Shown in pieces: positions 20,201 through 30,300 of a stretch of 45,767 nucleotides of DNA. Below the pieces are notes generated by a model, which ran no database searches, was not told the DNA's origin, and was given only the letters and a program-made list of their open reading frames with translations. A program made the position numbers and the translations under genes. How positions within the stretch are numbered: the stretch's first letter is position 1; the number at the start of each line of letters is the position of its first letter. The stretch is from Candidatus Hydrogenedentota bacterium (GTDB lineage Bacteria; Hydrogenedentota; Hydrogenedentia; Hydrogenedentales; JAEUWI01), in NCBI GenBank assembly GCA_034669905.1, contig JAXMOL010000058.1, positions 1-45,767 of the forward strand, read 5' to 3'.

Positions 20201-23200
20201 GCGTATGCAGCAGCAGACAGCTGACTTGCACCGTCAGTTCCTTGAGGGACAACAGGCGACGCTGGATACCTTCCGTGGCTTGTTGGGCCAACAGCAACAG
20301 CTCCTGGCCGGACAACCGGTGACACCGATGGCGGTGGCGCCCGTGGCCGCCCCGACGCCGGTCGCAGCACCGACGACTGCGGCACCCGCGACTCAAGGGA
20401 CCCATGGGTCTTATGGGACGTATGAGTCGCATGAGACCGATGGGAAAAACTTGGCTGCGGTGGGGGAAAGTTCTCACAGCGCGTCCACCACGTCCACCAC
20501 GTCCACCATGTCCACCCCGCCCACCGACACGGCCGCAAACACCACGGCCATCGAGACTGCGCTGCTTTCGACCATTGCCGAAAAGACCGGCTACCCCACC
20601 GAAATGCTCGAACTGGGCATGTCTCTCGATGCCGATCTGGGTATTGACTCCATCAAGCGGGTGGAAATCCTCTCGGCGCTGAAAGAAGCACTACCCGAAG
20701 CCCCTGAGTTCGGTCCCGATCAGTTGGGCACCTTCCATACGCTGGGTGATATCGTCGACTACATCGCGGCCAACGGCACGTTCAGTGGGACGAGTGAGAC
20801 CGGTGGGACCCGTGGGACTGGCGACAGAGACGAAGCTGGCGCTGACCTGCGTGTGGTGGAAACTGCCCTTTTGACCACCATTGCCGAAAAGACCGGCTAT
20901 CCCACCGAGATGCTTGAGCTGGGTATGTCCCTCGATGCCGACCTCGGCATCGACTCCATCAAACGGGTCGAAATCCTCTCCGCGCTCAAGGAAGCCCTGC
21001 CGGAAGCCCCCGAGTTTGGTCCAGACCAGTTGGGCACCTTCCATACCCTCGGCGATATCGTCGACTACATCGCGGCCAACGGAAATTTCAGTGGGGCGAG
21101 TGCTACGGCTGCGTCCAGCGGGACTGATGTTGGCAGCACCTCTGGTGCGGACCGGAGTGGCATAGAAACCGCGCTGCTTTCCACCATTGCCGAAAAGACG
21201 GGCTATCCCACCGAGATGCTCGAGCTGGGAATGTCCCTCGATGCCGACCTGGGTATTGACTCCATCAAGCGGGTCGAAATTCTTTCGGCCCTCAAGGAAG
21301 CCCTGCCGGACGCCCCCGAATTCGGGCCGGACCAGCTGGGTACCTTCCACACCCTCGGTGATATTGTGGAATATATCGCGGCGGAGGGAAGTGCTCCCGC
21401 TGCGGCCCCATCTTCCATCTCCCCCCCATCCACGGGTGCGGCAGACACGTCGGCCGTCGAAACCGTTCTTCTGGCGACCATCGCGGACAAGACGGGCTAT
21501 CCGGTAGAAATGCTGGAACTCACCATGTCGCTCGACGCCGACCTGGGCATCGACTCGATTAAGCGGGTCGAAATTCTTTCGGCGGTAAAAGAGCAGTTGC
21601 CCGAAGCACCCGAGTTTGGCCCCGACCAGTTGGGTAGCTTCCATACCCTGGGCGATATCGTGGCCTACATCACGGCGAGCAACGCGCCCGCGGCACCTGT
21701 TGCGGTCGAAGCTCCTGCGCCGGTCCCCGCCGCCGCACCAGCCCCAGCGGCCACGCCGGAGAAACTTCAGGGTGATCCCCTTTCGCTCCGTGGCCTTTCG
21801 ACCACGCCCTACGACCACAAGAACGCGGCGCCGCTCAGCCTATCGCCCTCCGCCCCCGTGCTGATAGTGGATGGCGGCAATCCACTCTGCGCGGATCTCG
21901 TAAAGGCGATTCAGGCCAAGGACTACGCCGCGCGGGTCGTCAAACTGGATGACGCCGTCGACGCTAACGTTCCCGCTGCACTCGCCGGATTGGTCCTGGT
22001 GGCCCCCGAAGAGGAATGCCCGCCCTTCTATCTCAGCAAGGCCTTTGCCTGGCTCCAACGCAGCCAAACGGCACTCACTTCACAGCGTAGCGCCTTTGTG
22101 GCCACCATCACCGCTCTCGATGGGCGCTTTGGCACGACGGGCGTCCCCGGCGATCCGGTTGCAGGCGGCCTGGCTGGGCTCGTCAAATCGGCCCAGCACG
22201 AGTGGCCCACCGTCTCGTGCAAAGCCATCGACTATAAACCCGAAACGAAAAAAGGCCCTGCCCTCCTGGCCGCGCTCCTCCTCCAGGAAAGCCCGGTCGA
22301 AATCGGGGTATCCAACGACGGACTGTGCACCCCGGCCCTCGCGCCTATCGATGTGAGCGCTGAGGGCACCCCACCCATCCAGCCCCGAGAAGTTGTGGTT
22401 GTCACGGGGGGCGCCCGAGGCGTCACCGCCGATGTGGCCCTCGCCATGGCAGGCGCATGGAAGCCAACCCTCGTGCTCCTGGGACGGAGTGATGCGCCCA
22501 CGCCGGAAGCGGCATGGTTACAGCCCCTCGAATCGGAAGACGCCATTCGCCAGGCCCTGCTCCAACAGGCCAACGGCGCGATGAAGCCCAAGGAACTCCG
22601 TGAAGCCCTCACCGCCATCCAACGCAACCGAGCGGCCCTTCGCAACATTGAAGCCATGGAAGAAGCGGGGGCCACGGTAGAGTATTTCGCAGTGGACATC
22701 CGCGACGCCGATGCGGTGACCGAACTCCTCGACGAGGTGCGCAATGAATATGGCCCGGTGAAGGGACTTGTTCATGGCGCCGGTGTACTGGCCGACCGCC
22801 TCATCGAAGACAAGACGGCGGAACAGTTCAATGAGGTTTACGCCACGAAGGTAGAAGGGCTCCAGGCACTCCTGTCGGCCGCGCGGGAAGATGACGTGCG
22901 CTTCATGGTCTTCTTCTCTTCCTCTACGGGCCGTTTCGGGCGCAAGGGTCAAATCGACTATGCCGCGGCCAACGAAGTCTTGAACAAGACGGCCCAACGA
23001 GAAGCACACGGACGGGAAAACTGTCGTGTGCTCTCCATCAACTGGGGTCCCTGGGCCGGTGGCATGGTCACGCCCGATCTGGCCAAACTCTTTAAGTCCG
23101 AAGGGGTCGGCCTCATCGGACTGGACGACGGTGCCCAGTATGTGGTGAACGAACTCCAACAGCCCGGTGATCGGCCCGTAGAAATCGTGGTCATGGGCGG

Positions 23201-24146
23201 TGAGATACCGGAGATCAAGAGTCCCGTTCATGCCGCCGCGCCGGCGGTGGTGCGGTCGACCAAGTCGGCCCTGCCGCCCCTCATCGACATCGACCTGAAC
23301 GTAGACGCCTTCCCCTTCCTGGCGTCCCACGTCTTAAACCACAAAGCCGTGTTGCCGGTGGCCATGATTACGGAATGGTTCGCCCACACGGCCCTCCATG
23401 CCCATCCGGGCCTTCGCTTCCACGGCATCGACGGATTGCGGGTGCTCAAGGGCGTCACGCTCGACGCCGACGAAAGCCGCACCGTCCAGCTCTGCACCGG
23501 CGAAGCTACCGAACGGGATGGCGGCCTCTGGATTCCCGTGGAGTTACGTAGCAATCCCACCGGTGACAAAGAAATTCGCCATGCCTCCGCCGAGGTCAAT
23601 CTGGTGGAAACCCTGCCGTCGGAAATGCCCTGGATTCAGCCCCAGCACATCCAGGAAAAGGCCTATAACAACGGTGGCATCTATGAAGGCGGCCACCTGT
23701 TCCACGGTCCTGCTTTCCAGGGACTGGACGCCGTAGATGGCGCCTCAGACGATATCCTTGTGGCCCTCGTCGGAAAAGCACCGGCTCCGAAAAACTGGAT
23801 CACATCGCCCCTGCGTAACAGTTGGTTGGCGGACCCGCTTATTCTCGACAGCAGTTTCCAGATGATGATTCTCTGGAGTTTCCAGCAATACAACAGTGGC
23901 AGCCTGCCAAGCTTCCTGGGCAGTTATCGTCAGTATGTCAACCGCTTCCCGAAAGAAGGGGCGCGCATCCTGATTCAGGTTATGGAACACAGCAAACGCA
24001 AGGCCACTGCCAACATCGAGTTTGTGGATACGCAGAAGGGCGACCTCATCGCCCGTATCGACGGCTATGAATGCACTTTGGTCGCTTCGCTGAAATCGGC
24101 CTTTCAGAAAAACACCCTGGAAACTCCGGAATTCAGTAAGAAGTAA
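17202..24146 (+). CDS. pfaA: PUFA synthase PfaA: KS-MAT-ACPx4-KR-PS/DH
   Basis: KS DAACASS, EAHGTGT, GHTK; MAT FPGQG, GHSYG, AAFHS; four LGIDSIKRVEILS ACPs; KR TGGARGV, YAAAN; DH HVL...VLP and LDSSFQ; GAGG RBS. Confidence 0.96.
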   Translation: MNTPADIAIVGMGCLFPKANHLGAYWANIKHGIDAIIETPETHWRPEDYYDADPKRPDFTYGKRGGFLEPIDFNPLEYGMPPNALEATDTAQLLGMVAADRALRDAGYGPEADFDRDRVSVVVGVTGALELVIPLGARLGHPKWRQALEDAGLDQAIIDDVLERMAEQYVPWQEASFPGLLGNVVAGRITKHLNLGGTNCVVDAACASSLSAVHLAMLELQAGKSDLVISGGVDTFNDIFMFMCFSKTPALSPTGNAKPFDASGDGTILGEGLGMVALKRLSDAERDGDRVYAVIKGIGSSSDGKGDAIYAPSAKGQVKALKRAYEQAQIDPLSIELVEAHGTGTAKGDAVEVSALTEVYGSAKNGPWCAIGSVKSQIGHTKAAAGSAALIKATLALYNKVLPPTIKVTEPLGPLKAEDSAFYPNTKLRPWLPREAHPRRAAISALGFGGSNFHAVLEEHGAVKAAPDWSGTVEILSFSADSPQALATALADFPASERWSTIQLAAAELREGFNGKAPCRLAVVAEQNADLAKLFGQATSTLKSKAQEKSWSLPTGVYYASGETPGKLAFVFPGQGTQYVGMLNELACQFPEFLDVLENADAVYDGAPRLSDLIYPQPAFDGETEARQQQELTATPVAPSAIGAVSAAALKVIKGFGLQADALAGHSYGEIVGLYAAGKVNEADFHQLSKLRGALMGQGEGDKGSMMAVRAEEGPVEALIAEAQLNVVIANKNAPEQMVLSGGTDAIAHANTVFAEKGIQTKILPVAAAFHSEYVSHVREPFLEALQGMTLEAGDVTLYSNTTATPYPTDLDAVRPLVAEQLAKPVSFVAQIQQMYSDGIRTFLEIGPGSRMSGLVDAILGDQPHHAVAIDGSNGKRGGILDLARALAEVAVLGHDVTLTAWNANAPIDPEALKPKAKLMVPICGANHVTPRPHKPKTAPRTAVVTHANTNPTPVPMQKNTTPPTPPTLAPTPSPAPSAPTPVVATGAAQIAQEHLLALQRMQQQTADLHRQFLEGQQATLDTFRGLLGQQQQLLAGQPVTPMAVAPVAAPTPVAAPTTAAPATQGTHGSYGTYESHETDGKNLAAVGESSHSASTTSTTSTMSTPPTDTAANTTAIETALLSTIAEKTGYPTEMLELGMSLDADLGIDSIKRVEILSALKEALPEAPEFGPDQLGTFHTLGDIVDYIAANGTFSGTSETGGTRGTGDRDEAGADLRVVETALLTTIAEKTGYPTEMLELGMSLDADLGIDSIKRVEILSALKEALPEAPEFGPDQLGTFHTLGDIVDYIAANGNFSGASATAASSGTDVGSTSGADRSGIETALLSTIAEKTGYPTEMLELGMSLDADLGIDSIKRVEILSALKEALPDAPEFGPDQLGTFHTLGDIVEYIAAEGSAPAAAPSSISPPSTGAADTSAVETVLLATIADKTGYPVEMLELTMSLDADLGIDSIKRVEILSAVKEQLPEAPEFGPDQLGSFHTLGDIVAYITASNAPAAPVAVEAPAPVPAAAPAPAATPEKLQGDPLSLRGLSTTPYDHKNAAPLSLSPSAPVLIVDGGNPLCADLVKAIQAKDYAARVVKLDDAVDANVPAALAGLVLVAPEEECPPFYLSKAFAWLQRSQTALTSQRSAFVATITALDGRFGTTGVPGDPVAGGLAGLVKSAQHEWPTVSCKAIDYKPETKKGPALLAALLLQESPVEIGVSNDGLCTPALAPIDVSAEGTPPIQPREVVVVTGGARGVTADVALAMAGAWKPTLVLLGRSDAPTPEAAWLQPLESEDAIRQALLQQANGAMKPKELREALTAIQRNRAALRNIEAMEEAGATVEYFAVDIRDADAVTELLDEVRNEYGPVKGLVHGAGVLADRLIEDKTAEQFNEVYATKVEGLQALLSAAREDDVRFMVFFSSSTGRFGRKGQIDYAAANEVLNKTAQREAHGRENCRVLSINWGPWAGGMVTPDLAKLFKSEGVGLIGLDDGAQYVVNELQQPGDRPVEIVVMGGEIPEIKSPVHAAAPAVVRSTKSALPPLIDIDLNVDAFPFLASHVLNHKAVLPVAMITEWFAHTALHAHPGLRFHGIDGLRVLKGVTLDADESRTVQLCTGEATERDGGLWIPVELRSNPTGDKEIRHASAEVNLVETLPSEMPWIQPQHIQEKAYNNGGIYEGGHLFHGPAFQGLDAVDGASDDILVALVGKAPAPKNWITSPLRNSWLADPLILDSSFQMMILWSFQQYNSGSLPSFLGSYRQYVNRFPKEGARILIQVMEHSKRKATANIEFVDTQKGDLIARIDGYECTLVASLKSAFQKNTLETPEFSKK
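20548..21680 (+). repeat. Four tandem ACP-coding repeats within pfaA
   Basis: Four near-identical protein units ETALL.TIAEKTGYP...LGDIV.YI that diverge at synonymous DNA positions; bounds approximate. Confidence 0.9.
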
Positions 24147-24170
24147 CCCCTCGATTTCAAAATGTTTTCT

Positions 24171-24230
24171 GTGGCTGTCCTGGCCTTAGTGAGGCGTCCC
24201 TATCCCCCTCACTGATGACAGGACAGCCAC
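24171..24230. repeat. Long hairpin between pfaA and pfaBC
   Basis: GTGGCTGTCCTGGCCTTAGTGAGG ... CCTCACTGATGACAGGACAGCCAC: 24-bp arms with about 3 mismatches. Confidence 0.75.
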
Positions 24231-24338
24231 GCCCATTAACTACAGATTCGCCAGACGGAATCACCTCACACGCACCACGGATTGTGCCGGGCGCGGGTGA
24301 TGGCCGTTAAAACCGTCCCTGGGCGTTGGAATTGTTTG

Positions 24339-27300
24339 ATGAAAAAACCTGCTATCGCCATCGTGGGTATGGGCGGCATCTTTCCGGACGCCCCCACGCC
24401 CGACGCATTCTGGAAAAACATCGTCGCGGGGAAAGCATCCGCCAAGGAAGCCCCGGAAAACCGCTGGCTCCTCTCCAAAGAGGATGCCTTCGATCCTGGT
24501 GTGGGCACGCCCGACCATGTCTACTCGAAACGGGGCTGCTTCATCGATGACGACGCCTTCGCATTGAACTACCCGTCGCTCCAGATTGATCCCAAGCTTG
24601 TCGCCCAGTTGGATCCCGTTTATCAGGTCCTCCTCTATGCGGGGCAGATGGCCTTTCAGGATGCCGACGCTGCCGGCTGGGACCACAGCACCACCGGCGT
24701 GATTATCGGCAACCTCGCCCTGCCCACGGAGCAATCCTCCGCCCTGGCCCGGGAAATCTTGGGCCGTACCTTTGAAGAGCGCCTCCTCGGCGACAGCGCA
24801 AGTCTCCCCCCCGTTCATCCCCTCAACCGCTATGTGACGGGCCTCCCGGCGGCCGTGTTGGCCAAAGCCCTGGGGCTCGGCGGTGGAACCTACACGCTCG
24901 ACGCGGCCTGTGCCTCTTCCCTCTATGCCGTCAAACTTGCGGTGGACGAACTCCAGTCTGGCCGCGCGGATGTCATGCTGGCCGGCGGTGTATCCCGTCC
25001 CGACCCCCTCTACACCCAGATGGGCTTTGCTCAGCTACGTGCCCTGTCGCCAACGGGTATCTGCACCCCCTTCGACGAAGCAGGGGATGGCCTCGTTGTG
25101 GGCGAGGGCTCCGGTATTTTCGTGTTGAAACGCCTCGAGGACGCCGTCGCCGATGGCAACACCATCCATGGCGTCATTCGCGGCATCGGCCTCTCCAACG
25201 ATGTGGGTGGCCGTCTCCTCGCCCCCACCAACGAAGGCCAACTACGGGCCATGCGTGCGGCCTATGAAGAAGCGGGCTGGACACCCCAGTCCGTCGACTT
25301 GATTGAATGCCACGCCACGGGCACCTCGGTGGGTGATGCCGTTGAAGTGGAAAGTCTCAAACAGCTCTGGGACAGCGGCACGTGGCAAGCCCAACAGTGT
25401 ACCCTCGGCTCGGTGAAATCCAACATTGGACACACCCTCACCGCAGCGGGCTCTGCCGCCATGCTGAAAGTCCTGCTCGCACTGCGCAATAAGGCCCTTC
25501 CCCCCACCGCAAGCTACGACCATTCCCCCGAGAATTGGGCGCTGGACAAGAGTCCCTTTCAGGTGCGCAAAGAAGTCGCGCCCTGGGAATCAGACGGCCC
25601 CCGCCGGGCGGGCGTCAGCGCCTTCGGTTTTGGCGGCATCAACGCCCACGTCTTGATCGAAGAATGGACGGCTCCCGAGGCGGAGCTCAAAGGCAGTTTC
25701 GAGCCGCTCGAAGGCCCCGAATGCCCCATCGCCATCGTGGGGATGGACGCCCACTTCGGTCCCTGGGACGGCTTGGACGCGGTCCGGGAACGCCTCCTTG
25801 GGGGCGGTGCAACACACGAAGCCCAATCGCCCGCCCACTGGTGGGGCGTGGAAGAGACGGCCTGGTATCGCCGTGCCGGCCTGAGCCGCAATAACATCAA
25901 GGGCTATGGCATTGGCGAGGTCGCCGAGCGCGTCGACCGCTTCAAGATTCCTCCCCGGGAGCTCGAGGAAATGCTGCCCCAGCAATTGCTCATGCTCCAG
26001 GTAGCGGTAAACGCCTGGGAGCACGCGGGCAATCGCGGAGACGGCGATGCCCACACCGGGGTCTACATCGGGTTGGGCCTCGACCTGAACACCACCAATT
26101 TTAATGTGCGCTGGTCCCTGCTCAACAAAGCCGCCCAGTGGATGAAGGCCCAAGGGGGCTCTGCTTCCCCCGAGGAAGTCGCCGACTATCTTGGCCGCCT
26201 CCGCGACGCGGCAGGTCCGGCCTTGTCGGCAAACCGCACCATGGGTGCCCTGGCCAGCGTAGTGGCCAGCCGCATCGCGCGGGAGCTTCGTTGTGGCGGC
26301 CCGAGCTTCACGATTTCGAGCGAAGAAACTTCCGGCGTTCGTGCGCTGGAAGCCGCCGTTCGCGCTCTCCAACAGGGCAGCCTGAATGAGGCCATCGTCG
26401 GTGCGGTGGATCTCGCGGGAGACGTACGCGCCGTCTTGGCAGCCCATCACCACAGCAATTACTCTCCCACCGGAGAAGGCGCCGGGTTTAACACGGGCTC
26501 CGATGGCACCCTCTACGGCGAAGGTGCCACGGCCCTCGTCTTGAAGCGCCTCGATGATGCCGAGCGGGATGGCGACACGGTCTACGCCGTCATCAAGGGA
26601 CTCGGTGCTGCATCAAGCGGCGGCGTCGACACCCCGGTGGCAGACCAGGCCTGTCGCGTCGCCTTGGAGCGTGCCTTCCAGGAAGCCCACTGTGATACGG
26701 CCTCCGTTTCCTATGTGGAAACTCAGGGGAGCGGAATTGACACCGAAGACCAGTGCGAAGCCGCGGCACTGGCGGCCGCCTACGCACATACGGATACCGA
26801 GGGCGATTTACAGCACTGCTATATTGGCAGCGCGAAGAATGACATCGGTCACACCGGCGCCGCTGCGGGCCTGGCCAGCGTGCTCAAGGCCGCCCTGTGC
26901 CTACACCATGAGATCATCCCGCCACTGCGTCGGGTAAGTAGTCCCCTGGATGCCCTGACAGCAGGCGACAGCCGCCTCTGGGCACCCGACGCCCCCCAGT
27001 ACTGGATTCACGATGACGCCACCGGCCCCCGCCGTGCTGCCGTAAGTGCATTGAGCTTCAACGGCAACGCCACCCACGTGGTCCTGGAATCCGCACCCCA
27101 CACACCGGCGAGCGCACGGTGCCCGCAACCGCTGGGAGACCGTGCAGAGGGCCTCTTCGTCGCAAGTGCTGAAAGTGCCGTCGCCCTCATCCGCGTATTG
27201 GACACCCTGAAAACCACCATCCAACAGGACCACAACGCACCCATCGAAGCATTGGCTCGGACCTGGTGGCGAAGCCATCCTCTCAAGTCTTCGAATGGCC

Positions 27301-30300
27301 AGCGTCATGTTTCTCTCATTGCGCGTTCAGTTTCAGAACTCCTGGAACAGATCGCCTTTCTACGCGACTCCCTCGAGAAACACCCCGAGCAAGGTATCGG
27401 CGGCATCCACCAGCACCCCGCCGCCCTCATGGCTCGGGACCGCGTCTTCTACGCCCCCAGTCCCCTCGGCACCACGGGCAAGGTGGCCTTTGTGTTCCCC
27501 GGCTCTGGCAATCATTACGCGGGGATGGGACGGGAACTCTTCGCCCAATTCCCCGACGTGCTGCGCACCCAACAGGCCGAGAACAAGTTCCTGCGCCAAC
27601 AATATCAGTCGGATGTCTTCTGGAAGAAAGAGACCGGTGATCTGAGTGACAACCACAAGGCCCTCATCTTCGGGCAGGTTTCCCTCGGTACCGGCGTAAG
27701 CGATCTTGTCCGCAGTTTCGGGGTTTCCCCCCAGGCCGTCATTGGCTATTCCCTCGGCGAAACGGCTGGCCTCTTTTCCATGCGGGCCTGGCGGGACCGG
27801 GATGCCATGCTCGACCGCATCGCGGGGTCCCGTCTCTTCACCCACGAATTAGCCGGTGACTGTGATGCCGCCCGTCGTGCCTGGTCCCTTCCCGGTAAAG
27901 ACACGGTGGACTGGGTGCTCGGTGTGGTGGACCGCCCCATGAAGGTGGCCAAACAGGCCCTGAAGCGCCGCAAGAAGGTTTACCCACTCATCGCCAACAC
28001 CTTCCAGGAAACGGTCATCGGCGGTAACCGCAAGGCGGTGGAAAAACTCATCGCCAAACTAGAATGTCAGTTTATCCCGCTGGAAGGCGTCACCACTGTC
28101 CACTGTGACGTGGTCAAGGAAGTGGAAGACGAATACCGCGACCTCCACCTCTTTAACACCACGCCTCCTCCGGGTGTCCAGTTTTACAGTGGGGCCTGGG
28201 GCAAGGCCTATCCCGTGAGCCGCGAGAAATCCGCCGACTCCGTGCTGGCCCAGGCCATCGACGGCGTGGATTTTCCGGCCGTCATCGAGAGCGCCTATGA
28301 GCAGGGCGTACGCTTCTTTGTGGAAATGGGACCCGGCAATTCGTGCAGCCGCATGATTAGCCGCATCCTCTCCGACAAACCCCACATGGCCCGAGCCGTC
28401 TGCTATGACGGACAGGATGCCACCTCCCTCCTACTGCGCGCCTTAGGTCATCTCATTGCCGAAGGAATTCCGGTAAACCTGGAAGCCCTCTATGGCCATC
28501 CCGACGCGGCGGACGTCGCCCCTGCTGCGGACAAGCCCATGGTCCGGGTACAGGTCGGTGGCGCGCCTTTCGAGGTGCCGAAATTGCGCAAACCCGAGCC
28601 GGTTCTGGCCGAGGCACGGCGTGACAAATCGAGAGAGAACAGGGACAGCGCTGCGCAATCCGCCGTGACCAAAGATAGACCGGTCACCGCGCGACCCACT
28701 GTCGCACCAGCACCGTCCACCAAGCCCGCGACGTCCACCTGGTCCACGGCCCCTCAGCCCACCGCCGCAAGTGCATCACCCCTGCTCGACGGAATGGCCC
28801 AGGCCGAAGCCGCCACCGCGGCAGCCCATGCCCAATACCTGGCCTTCGCCGATTCCCTTCAGGGCACCTTGGCCGAAGGGATTTCCTGGCAGATGCAATT
28901 GCTCGCCGCACCGGGTGCCACCCTGGAAATGCCCGCTGTTCCGACGACCCCGCTAGCACCATCAGCACCCGAGCGGAGCGACGTGGTCTTTACCCGCGAG
29001 CAGTGCATGGAATATGCCATCGGCTCTATCGGCAAGATGCTCGGGGCCCAGTTTGCGCCCATTGATGCCCATCCCACCCGGGTGCGCCTGCCCGATGAGC
29101 CCCTCATGCTGGTGGACCGCATCACCGTCCTCGAAGGGGAGCCCGGCTCCATGACTTCGGGCCGTGTGGTTACGGAACACGACGTGCTGCCCAATGGATG
29201 GTACCTCGATGGGGGCCATATCCCCACCTGTATCGCCGTGGAAGCCGGCCAGGCCGACCTTTTCTTGTCCGCCTATCTGGGAATCGATTTTGAGACCAAG
29301 GGCCTCGCCATGTATCGCCTGTTGGACGCGGAAGTCACCTTCCACGACCACACGCCCGTGGCCGGTCAGGTCATTCGCTATGACATCCATATCGACCACT
29401 TTTTCCGCCACGGCAATCCGTGGTTCTTTAAGTTCTACTTCGATGCCACGGTGGATGGAAAGCCCCTGCTCACCATGCGCAATGGCTGCGCCGGCTTCTT
29501 CACCGATGCCGACCTCGAAGCGGGTCAGGGCGTGGTCGATTCACGTCTCGACCTGCAGAACAATCAGGGAACCCTTCCCGATGATTGGCGCGAGCTGGTC
29601 CCCATGGCACCGGCCCAATACAACGATGCCCAGGTAAACGCCCTGCGTGCCGGTGACCTGGCGGGCTGCTTTGGCAGTGCCTTCGCCGGATTGCCCCTGC
29701 CGAATCCCGTGCGCATCCCCGATGGCAAGATGAACCTCGTTCATCGGGTCCTGGAACTCACCCCCGGCGGTGGCCGCTATGGCCTGGGTAAGATTGTCGC
29801 CGAGGCGGACATCCATCCCGACGACTGGTTTATCACTTGCCACTTTGTGGATGACAAGGTCATGCCGGGTACGCTCATGTTTGAGTGCTGCCTCCACACC
29901 CTCCGTATTTATCTCATGCGCATGGGGTGGGTGGCCGACGCCGACACGGCCTATTGGGAACCCCGCCCCGGCGTCACCGGTAAGCTCAAATGCCGCGGTC
30001 AGGTCTTGGAGACCACGAAAAAGGTCACCTACGAGGTAAACATCAAAGAGCTCGGCTATGGCCCCCAGCCCTACGCCATTGCCGATGCACGCATGTATGC
30101 CGACGGCAAGGCCATCGTGGATATTGGCAACATGGCGATCCAGTTGGAAGGCCAGACCCGAGAAGCCCTGGAAGCCCTGTGGCAAAATGTCGCACCGGAC
30201 TTGGGCCAGCCCAAACCGGCCGTCTATGACTACAACAAGATTCTCGCCTATTCGCAGGGGAATCCCTCCGAAGCTTTCGGCGCGCCTTACGCCATCTTCG

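Noticed and set aside
20548..21680. ACP repeats as an assembly artefact
   Set aside because: The copies differ at many synonymous positions and have distinct linkers; tandem ACPs are normal for PfaA.
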